64,000 nt of DNA from Planctomycetota bacterium (GTDB lineage: Bacteria > Planctomycetota > UBA1135), in the NCBI GenBank assembly GCA_030749235.1, contig JASMKM010000013.1, forward strand, positions 41,717-105,716. The letters are read 5' to 3'. This document shows, piece by piece, positions 25,973 through 35,642 of the stretch (positions are counted from its first letter, which is position 1; each line of letters starts with the position of its first letter). Below the pieces are notes generated by a model, which saw only the letters and a program-made list of their open reading frames with translations, did no database searches and was not told the origin of the DNA. The translations under genes and the position numbers were made by a program.

Positions 25973-27628
25973 CTAGAAGCCGCCCATGCCACCCATTCCG
26001 CCCATGCCACCCATCGGGTCGCCGCCACCGGCAGGCATCGGAGGAACAGCTTCCTTGATCTCGGAGACAATCGCCTCGGTGGTGAGCAACAAGGTGCTGA
26101 CCGAGGAGGCATTCTGCAGGGTAGTGCGCACGACCTTGGTCGGGTCGATGATGCCAGTTTCGATCATGTTGACGTATTCGCCGGTCGCGGCGTTGTAGCC
26201 CTTGGCAAAGGATTTGGCGGAGCGGACCTTATCGACGACCAAGGAACCATCCACACCAGCGTTGCTGGCGATCTGACGGATCGGAGCCTCGAGTGCGCGC
26301 GAGATGATCTCGGCACCGGCCTTCTGGTCACCACTCAAGTCGAGCTTGGCGATGCCAGCTTGTGCGCGCAGCAAGGAAGTACCGCCACCAGGCAGCACAC
26401 CCTCTTCCGCGGCGGCACGGACTGAAGCGAGCGCGTCCTCAACGCGATCCTTCTTCTCCTTCATCTCGGCTTCTGTTGCTGCGCCGACGTTCAGCACTGC
26501 GACGCCACCGGACAACTTGGCTAGGCGCTCCATCAACTTCTCGCGATCGTACTCGCTCGAAGTGCGTTCGATCTCGGCGCGGATTTGCTCCATGCGATCC
26601 TTAATCGCGGCCTTGGAACCTGCACCCTCGACGATGGTGGTGGACTCCTTGGTGATTACGACGCGCTTAGCGCGACCAAGGTGCTCCACTTCCGTGGTCT
26701 CGAGCTTCATGCCCAAGTCCTCGACAATGGCGGAACCACCGGTCAAAATCGCGATGTCTTCCATCATCGACTTGCGACGATCACCGAAGCCAGGTGCCTT
26801 CACAGCAGCACACTTGAAGATGCCCCGCAGCTTGTTGACGACCAAGGTTGCTAGGGCCTCGCCCTCGACGTCCTCGGCGATGATCAACAACGGCTTGCTG
26901 GACTTGGCGACGGCCTCGAGCACAGGCAGCATGTCGCGCACGTTGGCAATCTTCTTCTCGAAGATCAGAATGTAGGCATCTTCGAGCTCGGCTTCCATCT
27001 TCTCCATGTTGGTGGAGAAGTGCGGCGACAGGTAACCCTTGTCGAACTGCATGCCTTCGACCCACTCAATCTCGGTGTCGAGCGAACGGCCTTCTTCGAC
27101 GGTGATGACACCATCCTTGCCGACGCGATCAAAAGCCTCGGCCAACTTCGAACCGATTTCGGTGTCGTTATTGGCAGCGATGGCTGCGACCTGCTCGATT
27201 TCCGTCGTGCTCTTGACCTTGGTCGACTTCTTCGTCAGAAAGCTGACGACCGAATCGACCGCGGCTTCCATGCCACGCTTCAGCTCGACTGGGTTGGCGC
27301 CAGCAGCGACGTTGCGCAGGCCTTCCTCGAAGATGGCTTCGGCAAGCACGGTTGCCGAAGTGGTGCCATCGCCAGCGATGTCACTGGTCTTGGCGGAAAC
27401 CTGACGCACCAGCTGTGCGCCGATGTTCTCGTAGGCGTCTTCGAGCTCAATCTCGCGGGCCACCGATACACCATCCTTGGTGACGGTTGGGGTGCCGAAG
27501 CTCTTCTCGATGATGACGTTGCGACCACGTGGGCCGAGGGTGACCTTCACAGCAGCAGCAAGCTTCTGTACGCCGGCGCGGATTCCGTCGCGGGCTTCCT
27601 GGTCAAATGCGATTTTCTTAGCAGCCAT
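25973..27628 (-). CDS. groL: Chaperonin GroEL (Hsp60)
   Basis: Full-length GroEL: [12 protein letters not shown]..., [23 protein letters not shown], and a C-terminal [12 protein letters not shown] repeat. Confidence 0.97.
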   Translation of the reverse strand: MAAKKIAFDQEARDGIRAGVQKLAAAVKVTLGPRGRNVIIEKSFGTPTVTKDGVSVAREIELEDAYENIGAQLVRQVSAKTSDIAGDGTTSATVLAEAIFEEGLRNVAAGANPVELKRGMEAAVDSVVSFLTKKSTKVKSTTEIEQVAAIAANNDTEIGSKLAEAFDRVGKDGVITVEEGRSLDTEIEWVEGMQFDKGYLSPHFSTNMEKMEAELEDAYILIFEKKIANVRDMLPVLEAVAKSSKPLLIIAEDVEGEALATLVVNKLRGIFKCAAVKAPGFGDRRKSMMEDIAILTGGSAIVEDLGMKLETTEVEHLGRAKRVVITKESTTIVEGAGSKAAIKDRMEQIRAEIERTSSEYDREKLMERLAKLSGGVAVLNVGAATEAEMKEKKDRVEDALASVRAAAEEGVLPGGGTSLLRAQAGIAKLDLSGDQKAGAEIISRALEAPIRQIASNAGVDGSLVVDKVRSAKSFAKGYNAATGEYVNMIETGIIDPTKVVRTTLQNASSVSTLLLTTEAIVSEIKEAVPPMPAGGGDPMGGMGGMGGMGGF

Positions 27629-27637
27629 GATTTTGTC

Positions 27638-27946
27638 CTAGCCAATGATTCCGAGGATGTCGTTCTCGGACATGATGAGGTACTCGACGCCTTCCCACTC
27701 GACTTCAGTGCCGGCGTAGGAGGTGAACAGCACGGTGTTACCCACGCCAACGGTGAACTCGGTGCGGGAGCCATCCTCGAGCAAGCGGCCTTCGCCGAGT
27801 GCGATGATGGTGCCTTCAGCAGGCTTCTCCTTTGCGGAGTCAGGCAGCACGATGCCACCGGCAGAGATGTCAGCAGCTGCGAGGCGCTGGACGAGGACTT
27901 TGTCGCCCAGTGGGCGGATTGCGACTTTCTTGGCGGTCTTGGCCAT
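27638..27946 (-). CDS. groS: Co-chaperonin GroES (Hsp10)
   Basis: 102-aa ORF with IRPLGDKVLVQR and the mobile-loop region, 9 nt upstream of groEL. Confidence 0.95.
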   Translation of the reverse strand: MAKTAKKVAIRPLGDKVLVQRLAAADISAGGIVLPDSAKEKPAEGTIIALGEGRLLEDGSRTEFTVGVGNTVLFTSYAGTEVEWEGVEYLIMSENDILGIIG

Positions 27947-27977
27947 GGTTAGTTATGTGTTTCTCGGAGCGCGAGGA

Positions 27978-28403
27978 TTACCAAGGCTCGCTCGGATCGG
28001 GCGAGCTACCTGGGCCCATCGAAGGGCGGGGATGATCCGGACGCTGGGAAAAGATGCGTTGGACGGTGATGCGAAGCACCTCCGCCGGGATTGGTTTGTG
28101 CAGCATAGTGATAACACCCAAATCCATCGCGGCCATTTCGATCTCGCGGGAAGGGTTGCCTGTCATCAGAATGCTAGGAACAAGCTGTCCTGCTTGTTGA
28201 AGCTGCCCCAAAACCTCAAGCCCAGTCAAACCAGGCATGTGCATGTCGAGCAGGGAGAGGTCAAATGGCCCATCTAGTAGGCATTGCAGTGCCTGACCAC
28301 CATCCGTTGCGATTTCAATCGTGACATCCAAGCCCTTCAACAGGGCGACCACGGCAGCGAGCTGCTCCTGCTGGTCGTCGGCGATCAGAATGCGGTATGG
28401 CAT
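27978..28403 (-). CDS. Stand-alone response regulator receiver (CheY-like)
   Basis: Start at ATG 28403 (MPYRILIADDQ). Acidic pocket DD, phospho-acceptor in LLDMHMPG, ILMTG and LHKP are all present. No output domain, only a short Pro-rich tail. Confidence 0.85.
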   Translation of the reverse strand: MPYRILIADDQQEQLAAVVALLKGLDVTIEIATDGGQALQCLLDGPFDLSLLDMHMPGLTGLEVLGQLQQAGQLVPSILMTGNPSREIEMAAMDLGVITMLHKPIPAEVLRITVQRIFSQRPDHPRPSMGPGSSPDPSEPW

Positions 28404-28468
28404 GGGTAAAACCTTGCCCCGCAAAGAGCAATCGCTGTGCCAAGCGCAACCTGTCGTATTGGCAGTCA

Positions 28469-28780
28469 CTAGGCGCCGGGCCAGCAATCCTCGTCTTCTT
28501 CCTCGTCCTCGCCCTCGTCGCCGAAGTCGTGGCCACCTTCGACCCACTCGCTCTCCTCGAGCCATTCACTCTTGTCCAGGGCCTGGACCTGGCCTTCTAC
28601 GAGGATGTCCTTGTTCTCCCAACTATCGATCGCCTTCTTCAAGGCTTCGGAATCGAGCTTGCCGCCGCACAGCAGGCACAGGCCGCCACCTTCCAGCGCC
28701 TCAACGGCGTCACTGAAAGAGGCCACGGTGTAGCTGCACAAGGGGCAGGTCACGACGACGTTGGAGGGTGGCATCAGCAC
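28469..28780 (-). CDS. Small zinc-ribbon-like protein with a highly acidic C-terminal tail
   Basis: CPLC...17 aa...CLLC pattern followed by DFGDEGEDEEEDED. Tight overlap with the NUDIX gene stop. The start is at 28780 or 28774. Confidence 0.55.
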   Translation of the reverse strand: MLMPPSNVVVTCPLCSYTVASFSDAVEALEGGGLCLLCGGKLDSEALKKAIDSWENKDILVEGQVQALDKSEWLEESEWVEGGHDFGDEGEDEEEDEDCWPGA

Positions 28781-29349
28781 GGAGCTCCTTTAGGCCCAAA
28801 CTCAGCACCGGTTTCGCGCTTGCGAAGGTAATGGAGCAGCGGAAGTTGCAGCAGCGCATGGCAGATTTCGCTGTTCTCGATCATGTCTGCGAGTTCCGAG
28901 AACGGGCGCGTGAAAACGTCGATGACCTCGTCATTATCGAGGTCGCGATTGGCACTGGGCCTGGCGTTGCGCACCAGATAGGAGCTGCAACGATTGTTGT
29001 GCGTAGCGGGATTCGGTTCAGTGGCGCAAAGCAGCACCGGTTCGTCGCCAACATAACCGGTCTCCTCGCGCAACTCGCGGACCGCCGCGTCCTCGGGATC
29101 CTCGCCTGGTTCGATCACGCCGCCTGGGATCTCCAAGCGCACGCCGCCGATGCCGGGTCGCTGCTGACGGATGAACACGATCTCGTCTTCGGGGGTGACC
29201 GCGACCACATTCACCCAGTCATTGGTCTCGATTACGTAGAAGGACCGTTCGCCATCCTTATCCGGATGGGAATAGAAATCCTCGCGTACCGAGAAGATGC
29301 GGAATTGCCCGCATGGGCGCGAGCGTAGTAGTTTCCAACGATCAGCCAT
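28774..29349 (-). CDS. NUDIX hydrolase (ADP-ribose pyrophosphatase-like)
   Basis: Nudix box GGVIEPGEDPEDAAVRELREETGY. Start moved to ATG 29349 (MADRWKLL). Confidence 0.85.
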   Translation of the reverse strand: MADRWKLLRSRPCGQFRIFSVREDFYSHPDKDGERSFYVIETNDWVNVVAVTPEDEIVFIRQQRPGIGGVRLEIPGGVIEPGEDPEDAAVRELREETGYVGDEPVLLCATEPNPATHNNRCSSYLVRNARPSANRDLDNDEVIDVFTRPFSELADMIENSEICHALLQLPLLHYLRKRETGAEFGPKGAPC

Positions 29350-29992
29350 TGCCGTGCGTTGCGCCCAAACCTGGGTCAGCATGTTGCTTTGCGACTTCCA
29401 GTAAGGCCGACAGCGCCCCAGAAGCAAGCAAGGCGTAGAAGGCGCCGGCCAGGAACTCGGCAGCCATGTGTTCGGCATTGTCCTCTTCCATGAAGCGGGT
29501 GACAGCTGCCGAAGCGCCCAACATCGAAGCCGAACCGGCCAAGTCCTCATGCCAGAACTTGCCCCAATCACTGAAGCGCGATTCGGCGCGGCGGGCGGCT
29601 AGGCGATGCCAGTTGCCTGCGCGCAACATCTCGGCGAGCTCAGGGCTGCTCGTCTCGACGCGGACTTCCCAGACCGGATCCTTTCCTTGATCACCCCAGA
29701 CCATGCCAACAAAGACGCAAAGCAGGTTTTGATTGTCCATCCAGCGGTAGCCGTACTCCAACCGGCCGTCGCTAGGTTGCGGATCGACCAGCAGGAAGGG
29801 GGCGTCGTCGGGTAGGGCGAAGGTCGCGCGCGCATGATCGAGAACCTTTTTCACGCGCTGGAACAGGGTGGGGATGCGCATCACCGCCGCCAAATCCTCA
29901 AGCACGATTGGGTTCGTCCGAGGGTACTCGGTAGGAACGCTGCGCTGCGGTTCGGCAGGTGGCTGTGGAGAAGGTTCAATCACGCCATCCAC
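29342..29992 (-). CDS. Hypothetical protein
   Basis: 216-aa ORF whose stop overlaps the NUDIX start by 8 nt. No motif recognised. Confidence 0.55.
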   Translation of the reverse strand: MDGVIEPSPQPPAEPQRSVPTEYPRTNPIVLEDLAAVMRIPTLFQRVKKVLDHARATFALPDDAPFLLVDPQPSDGRLEYGYRWMDNQNLLCVFVGMVWGDQGKDPVWEVRVETSSPELAEMLRAGNWHRLAARRAESRFSDWGKFWHEDLAGSASMLGASAAVTRFMEEDNAEHMAAEFLAGAFYALLASGALSALLEVAKQHADPGLGATHGNG

Positions 29993-30041
29993 AGTTTAAG
30001 GAACTCTGTTTGGTTCCGCTTAGGCTTGGCAGGGGCTGCGA

Positions 30042-30389
30042 TTAGCCCCTCAACAGGGTCGTTGCGAAACCGGTGTCATCCAAGCCTGCCTCCAGGCTGC
30101 GCAGCATGACGTTGACGGCTTCGCCTGGACGATCCTGCTCATGCAACGACAGGATTAGCTCCGACACCGTAATCGGGTCAGTTGGTGCATGTTGCCAAGC
30201 ACGCTTCAGATAGGCCACAGCCCCTTCCAAATCGCCGACGGCACGCAAGACTTTGCCCAGTTCGCGCGCAATTTGATGGTTTTCCGGATCTTGGCGAAAG
30301 GCTTCCAGCAGGAAATCAGCTGCAGCGACGAAGCGGCCTTCGTCGTGACAGCGCTGGGCGCGGTGGAGGAGGTTTTTGGGTGATTTCAT
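30042..30389 (-). CDS. Small TPR-repeat protein
   Basis: Two to three TPR-like helical hairpins (GRFVAAADFLLEAFRQDPEN, GDLEGAVAYLKRAWQHAPTD). Confidence 0.6.
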   Translation of the reverse strand: MKSPKNLLHRAQRCHDEGRFVAAADFLLEAFRQDPENHQIARELGKVLRAVGDLEGAVAYLKRAWQHAPTDPITVSELILSLHEQDRPGEAVNVMLRSLEAGLDDTGFATTLLRG

Positions 30390-30435
30390 CTGGATGCTGG
30401 GAAGTGTCCAGGCCTATATCGTCGTAACTCCGGGC

Positions 30436-30472
30436 AAAAATGAAGGGAGGCCGGGAAAAATCCCGGCCTCCC
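30436..30472 (-). terminator. Rho-independent terminator after the metalloprotease gene
   Basis: Perfect 12-bp stem GGGAGGCCGGGA/TCCCGGCCTCCC with a 4-nt loop. On the minus strand it is followed by TTCATTTTT. Confidence 0.75.
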
Positions 30473-30492
30473 TAGTAAAGGAAGTTCCTTCC

Positions 30493-31782
30493 TTAGTTGA
30501 TGCTCACGGTGACCGTGTTGGAGTTGTAGATGTCCGTGCCATCCACAATCTGCATTTCGACGTAGGCAGTGCGGCCAGCACCACGGCTAGGAATGAGCTT
30601 GTTGTAGGAGCCGATTCCAGACGAGGTGGTAGCACCCGTACCGACAATACCGTTCCAGGTAGTGAAGAGAGGGCTGCCATCAGTGAAGGAGTAGACGATG
30701 GTGTACGACTTGTTCGCAGGAGCACCGGTCCAGCTGAGGGTAACCAGCTGACCTGGGTTTGGCGTGGAGTCGCTGATGGTCATCGCGATGGTGTCGTTCG
30801 CCAAGCCGCCGCCGTTGCCACCGAATGGGTGACTCTCGGACAGGCTGCTGCCGCCAGAAGCGTTGGACTGAACGTGGATCGCACCACCTTCCCAACCACC
30901 GGTAGGCAGGGTCATGTTAATGACAGTGCCACCGCTGCTAGAAGCAAGGCCATTAACCTTCACCATTTCGCCACCAGAGTTGGAGCCGTTGAGAGTGTTG
31001 CTCTGCAGCCACAGGGTGTTGCCCGTGGAGGAGAAGTTCGTACCGGTGATGGTGATGTTGCCGCCAAGGGTCATGTTGCCGGTGATATTCGTGATGGAGG
31101 GCATCGAGGCACTGCGGGTGCCGTAGATGAATTTCACACCATTGCTGTCATCGGAAGCGATTGAACGGTTTGCATTACCGGTACCAATCGCGTAGGCGTA
31201 CATGGTGGCCGAGCTGCTGCTCGAGTGACCGAGACCCAACGCGTGGCCGAGCTCATGACAACCAATACCTTGAATGTCCTGACCACTGCCCACGTTGTTT
31301 GGGCCGTCCTGCCAGTTCCACGCGTCGCCGTAGAAGCGGATGCGCCAACCGTTGCTAATCGGGGTCTCGCAGTAGGCGAGGACACCACCCGAAGAGCCGC
31401 CGAGGGAGGAGATGATGTTGTCATTTCCGCCACCGACGCCACTGGCGTTACCGTTCCAAACGAAGCTGAAGTTGGCGCCGCCGGAGCCGACGGTGCTTTG
31501 GGAGGAGTCACCCGTACCGTCACCGTGAGCGCGCGAGCCCCACTCTGCACCACCTTTCCACAGCGCGAGTTCTGCGCCATCGTAGTCAGGCCAGTTCGGG
31601 TGGATGGTGTTGTTGTTGTTGGCGCTGGAGCCGTTGAAGTTGTTGAACACGCGGAAATCGCGCTGTGCCAAACCGAGGCTACCACCGATGGTGCTGTAAC
31701 CCTCAGCTTCCTGCGGAGCGACAACCATGGCGGAGCCGACTAGCAAGGAGCTACCGATTGCGAGACGTAGGACGTTTTTCAT
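30493..31782 (-). CDS. Secreted matrixin-type (M10-like) zinc metalloprotease with C-terminal Ig-like domains
   Basis: Signal peptide, then HELGHALGLGHS (HExxHxxGxxH followed by Ser, the matrixin signature) and Met-turn ATMYA. The C-terminal half has repeated beta-rich Ig-like segments (ITITGTNFS, VTLSWTG). No PRCGxPD cysteine-switch propeptide is visible. Confidence 0.85.
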   Translation of the reverse strand: MKNVLRLAIGSSLLVGSAMVVAPQEAEGYSTIGGSLGLAQRDFRVFNNFNGSSANNNNTIHPNWPDYDGAELALWKGGAEWGSRAHGDGTGDSSQSTVGSGGANFSFVWNGNASGVGGGNDNIISSLGGSSGGVLAYCETPISNGWRIRFYGDAWNWQDGPNNVGSGQDIQGIGCHELGHALGLGHSSSSSATMYAYAIGTGNANRSIASDDSNGVKFIYGTRSASMPSITNITGNMTLGGNITITGTNFSSTGNTLWLQSNTLNGSNSGGEMVKVNGLASSSGGTVINMTLPTGGWEGGAIHVQSNASGGSSLSESHPFGGNGGGLANDTIAMTISDSTPNPGQLVTLSWTGAPANKSYTIVYSFTDGSPLFTTWNGIVGTGATTSSGIGSYNKLIPSRGAGRTAYVEMQIVDGTDIYNSNTVTVSIN

Positions 31783-32315
31783 CGCTGGGCCTCCTGAATG
31801 TTGTTGATTTCGCTCTTGAGGTTGCTCACACGAATGTTGCCTTCAACTGCGAAGCCTTTGCCTTTGCCGAGCACCACGGGACCCTTCTTAGTATCGATGG
31901 TGCGGAAGATGCCGCCCATAGAAGCGTAGACGCAGTGGTCAATTTCAGGACCCCAACCCTCAACCATGCCACGGAAGACAACGACTTCGTTGTCCAGGCG
32001 GTACTCGGAGGGTGCAGGCATCGAAGTGACCATCATCGAGTCGCCTTCGAAGGTACCGCCCAAGAAGGCGGCCTCTACAGTCGTGGTGTTTCCGGTATAA
32101 AGGTCTTCACCTTCAACGGTAAGGATGGTGTAGATGAGTCGGTCATCGCCTTCAGGGACGAAGCGCACAGTGCGCACGTCGGTGATGGTTCCGTGGACCG
32201 CAGAATCGGTCTTTGAAATCATCTTGGCAAGATCCAACTCCTCGATGCACGCGGAGCCACCCTGAACAAGCAGGACAGTCAAAGCCGCGGCGAGTAGCCA
32301 GCGAAGTGTTTTCAT
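31779..32315 (-). CDS. Small secreted two-cysteine protein translationally coupled to the matrixin-like protease (candidate inhibitor/partner)
   Basis: Start at ATG 32315 gives MKTLRWLLAAALTVLLVQGGSA|C. The stop overlaps the protease start (ATGA at 31779-31782). It contains only two Cys, at predicted mature residue 1 and in IDHCVY. Confidence 0.65.
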   Translation of the reverse strand: MKTLRWLLAAALTVLLVQGGSACIEELDLAKMISKTDSAVHGTITDVRTVRFVPEGDDRLIYTILTVEGEDLYTGNTTTVEAAFLGGTFEGDSMMVTSMPAPSEYRLDNEVVVFRGMVEGWGPEIDHCVYASMGGIFRTIDTKKGPVVLGKGKGFAVEGNIRVSNLKSEINNIQEAQR

Positions 32316-32601
32316 CAGTAGGGAGTTACTAGGGAATCGGGTTGTGTTCAGAGCCAACAGCTAGGCTCCGTCACTATGAGGGACACGTGACGAACCGCTC
32401 AGGTTCCCCCAAATTCACGTTTCTGGGCCTTCTGCGGTTCCTTGGAGGGGTGGAGGATGCTTATTTGTACCAGACAAAACGCCCAATTAATGCGGATTTC
32501 TAGCTGGAGCCATATTTTCAACCCGTATTTCGGCATGGGTTCTGGTGCCTCTGAGCAAGATTTCTACGCCAACGGGCAAATTTTCGTGGCAGAATAGGAG
32601 C

Positions 32602-34407
32602 ATGCAACGTTTGTTGATTCCCCTCGCCTGCGCAGCTGGTCTCGGTATCGGTCTGCTCACACGTGCTGACGCCGGATCCGCGGCCATCGAATTGGGTCCT
32701 TCCCATGTCGAGATCCTGCCCTTTGGCCTTCTTGACGAAGTGCGCCGCGCCGACTTGGTCGTCCCCATGCAAGTTCAGCTCTACAACTCTGGTTCCGCTG
32801 GCGTGGAACTCGTGGACCTGGTCATCCAGACTCCAGAGGGTGAGCTCATTGGCTCCCGCACCTTGGATGATCGCGCGCTTGCCGGAGACCATGGTTTCCT
32901 GAACGACCTTTACCTGGAGATGGAGCGCACCGACCCGGATTTCAGTCACCGTCACACGAAGCGCCTGTTCATTCCGCTCGAGGAATACGAGCCGCTCGGT
33001 CCTGAGGGCGAAGCAGAAGCCATGCGCCGGGTGCTGCAAGGAGTCTCGGAACTGAAGCAGAGCGGCGCGCCGCAAATTTACGACGCCCAGTTCGAAGTCG
33101 ACTTGGCGGCCCTGTTCGGCCCGGAGCCCCAAGTAGGAGATGTCGCGCCTTTCGAGATTATCGTGACTTGGTTCGATGGCACGAATCGCCAGAGCAATAA
33201 CTTGTCGCGCACAATCACCATTTTGGCGCCGTTTCGCCCAGCGCCTCCTGGACATTGGAGCTACAACCGTGGCGTCGGCAGTTGGATGACCGGCGACCTG
33301 CATGTGCACAACTGCCGTGACGAGGCGATCAATGGCTGTGACTCCTGTGCAGCTGAGTCGGTCAACATCACTGGTTCCTTTACCAACGCGCAGCTGAAAC
33401 CGCAGTTCCAGGCCCTGGGCTTTGACTTCTTCAGCTCCACCACCCACAGCTACTGCATCAACAGCGATGCCGAGTTCAATGCTGTGGTTGCCGAGGCCGC
33501 AGCCTTGACCGACCCGAGCTTCGTGATGCTCGCCAGCACTGAGGTCTCAGGTCGTGAGACTGGGGTGCAGTCGGGCAGTGATAGTTCCACCGCATTGTGC
33601 CTGCTCGGCTTCTCCGGCAATGAAGTGCACCACATGGGTGCGCACCACATCACCTCGCGTAAACCAGGCGGCCGTCAGGGCTTCTTGGATTTCTGCGACG
33701 ATCCGCTGTATAGCCAAGCCGTCAATTACAACGACGTCAACAGTGAAGGCGGTTTCGCTGTGATTAACCACCCAGCGTCGAGCATGTGGGGCTTCAACAG
33801 TCTTGCCGACCTCACTGGCCAAGAGCGCAACAACGCTTGGGGTGTGGAAGTCTGGAACGGCTCTGAAGGCGCCAACAACTTCCAGACCTTCCATCGCAAC
33901 TGGTGGGTGGCACGCATGGTGGGTGGAAAGCTGCTCTACCCTTACTCTGGCAGCGATACTCACGATTCAGCATATAACTTTGGCGCCACGCATACCTACG
34001 TGAACGGTCCACTGAATGGCGATTCGGTCAACGAGGCCCTCAAGTCCGGCATGAACTACTTGTCGAACGGTCCTTTCCTCGACATCAGCATCAGTGATAA
34101 CGGTGGTCGCGGCTTGGGCATGGGTGAAGTCTTTAGTGTGCGCGGCAGTTTGGTTCCGAACAACTACCCAATCACCATCTCGGTGCCTTACAACGTCGAC
34201 CAGAACGGCTCGACCATCGATATCTATCGTGGTGTAGTTGGCGTCGGCGAGGTGCTGGTCTCGTCGCAGAGCGGCATCACCGGCAGTGGCACCTTGACCG
34301 TGCCCGACACCCTGCCACAAAGCACCTGTTGGTATCGTGCCGAGGTACGCAACACCATCCTTACGGAATCCGCGTTGACCACGCCGGTGTTCGTTCACAT
34401 GTTCTAG
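32602..34407 (+). CDS. Secreted PHP-domain metallohydrolase (CehA/McbA-like)
   Basis: Start at ATG 32602 (MQRLLIPLACAAGLGIG signal). His-rich PHP-type motifs GDLHVHNC, STTHSYC, NEVHHMGAHH and GSDTHD. Confidence 0.65.
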   Translation: MQRLLIPLACAAGLGIGLLTRADAGSAAIELGPSHVEILPFGLLDEVRRADLVVPMQVQLYNSGSAGVELVDLVIQTPEGELIGSRTLDDRALAGDHGFLNDLYLEMERTDPDFSHRHTKRLFIPLEEYEPLGPEGEAEAMRRVLQGVSELKQSGAPQIYDAQFEVDLAALFGPEPQVGDVAPFEIIVTWFDGTNRQSNNLSRTITILAPFRPAPPGHWSYNRGVGSWMTGDLHVHNCRDEAINGCDSCAAESVNITGSFTNAQLKPQFQALGFDFFSSTTHSYCINSDAEFNAVVAEAAALTDPSFVMLASTEVSGRETGVQSGSDSSTALCLLGFSGNEVHHMGAHHITSRKPGGRQGFLDFCDDPLYSQAVNYNDVNSEGGFAVINHPASSMWGFNSLADLTGQERNNAWGVEVWNGSEGANNFQTFHRNWWVARMVGGKLLYPYSGSDTHDSAYNFGATHTYVNGPLNGDSVNEALKSGMNYLSNGPFLDISISDNGGRGLGMGEVFSVRGSLVPNNYPITISVPYNVDQNGSTIDIYRGVVGVGEVLVSSQSGITGSGTLTVPDTLPQSTCWYRAEVRNTILTESALTTPVFVHMF

Positions 34408-34463
34408 GCGAAGCTTGAGAATTCAGTTCTTCTTTAGGAAGTTACGCTAATATCTCTGGCTAT

Positions 34464-35642
34464 ATGCCGGATCGCATACCTTCCGAGTGGCCCTCCGTCC
34501 ACCGAGTCAATAACCTCGAACAACTCACTGCAGCCATCGAGCGGTGGCGCGTGGCGGGGATTCTCGGCGTGGATACCGAGGCGAATTCCTTCTTCGCCTA
34601 TCACGAACGCATGTGCCTCTTGCAGGTCTCTGCGGAGGGCGAGGACTGGATCGTCGATCCGCTCGAGCTGGGCGACGACCTGCAGGCCATGGTGCCGCTA
34701 TTGGCCGACCCGACAGTCACCAAGATCTTCCATGCCGCCGAGTTCGACCTGATGATCCTGAAAAAGGACCTCGGTGTCGAGGTACGTGGCCTGTTCGACA
34801 CGCAGGTGGCGATGACTCTTTTGCGCCACGAGAAGACTGGCCTTGCCGCGTTAATCCAAGCCTATTACGGCATGGAGTTGTCCAAGAAGGAGCAACGATC
34901 TAACTGGGGTAAGCGCCCGCTGACCGAAGAGCAAATTGCCTACGCACGCATCGACACGCACTTTTTGGTCGACCTGCATGATCGCCTGACCAAGGAGTTG
35001 CACGAGGCCGACATGATGGGCGCAGCCGAAGGCGAGTTCCGTCGCCAGGAAAATGAGATCCTGGTCCCAGGGCCACCGGATCCGGAACGCTATCGAAAGA
35101 TGAAGGCGGCACGTGGTCTTGATGGCGCTTCGCTCGCGCGCCTGAAGGAAATCTTCTTCTGGCGCGAGTCCGTCGCTGAGAGCCGTGATGTCCCTCTGTT
35201 CCGCGTACTCGCCAACCAGGCCATGGTCGAGATGGCTAAGACCGCTCCGACCACCATCAAGGAGCTCGCCGAGATCAAGGGCATGGGCTGGAAGCAGGCC
35301 AAACGTTACGGCGATGAGCTGCTGGCGGCGATCGGTTCTGCCAAGGGCAAGAGCATCGAGGTCAACACGCCGAAGGTTTCCGCAGCCGAGCGCAAACGTC
35401 GGCGCCTGATGCGCGAGAACCTCGACGAGATGCGCAACTGGCGCAAGGAAGTTGCGAGGGAATTGGACCTACCCAGTGAGCGCCTGATGCACCGACGTCA
35501 CCTCGAGGCCATCAGCAGGGCACGTCCGCAGACGTCGGAGGAATTGAATGCTGTCGTGCCGCTGAATGATTGGCAGCGACAGAACTTCGAAAGCTCGTTA
35601 TTGGCTAAACTAGAGCAGTTACCTAATCCAGACGAAGCATGA
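34464..35642 (+). CDS. rnd: Ribonuclease D
   Basis: DEDD 3'-5' exonuclease motifs (LGVDTEANSF, FHAAEFDL, YARIDTHFL) followed by HRDC-like regions. Confidence 0.9.
   Translation: MPDRIPSEWPSVHRVNNLEQLTAAIERWRVAGILGVDTEANSFFAYHERMCLLQVSAEGEDWIVDPLELGDDLQAMVPLLADPTVTKIFHAAEFDLMILKKDLGVEVRGLFDTQVAMTLLRHEKTGLAALIQAYYGMELSKKEQRSNWGKRPLTEEQIAYARIDTHFLVDLHDRLTKELHEADMMGAAEGEFRRQENEILVPGPPDPERYRKMKAARGLDGASLARLKEIFFWRESVAESRDVPLFRVLANQAMVEMAKTAPTTIKELAEIKGMGWKQAKRYGDELLAAIGSAKGKSIEVNTPKVSAAERKRRRLMRENLDEMRNWRKEVARELDLPSERLMHRRHLEAISRARPQTSEELNAVVPLNDWQRQNFESSLLAKLEQLPNPDEA

Noticed and set aside
25976-26015. Short tandem DNA repeat (CATGCCACC/CATTCCGCC units).
   Set aside because: It is simply the coding sequence of the GroEL C-terminal GGM repeat on the minus strand. 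It is not a CRISPR or regulatory repeat.
27947-28100. CIRCE operator or sigma32 promoter upstream of groES.
   Set aside because: Reading both strands, I found no TTAGCACTC-N9-GAGTGCTAA-like inverted repeat and no convincing CTTGAA/CCCCAT pair. Absence by eye is not proof, so it is only noted inside the operon finding.
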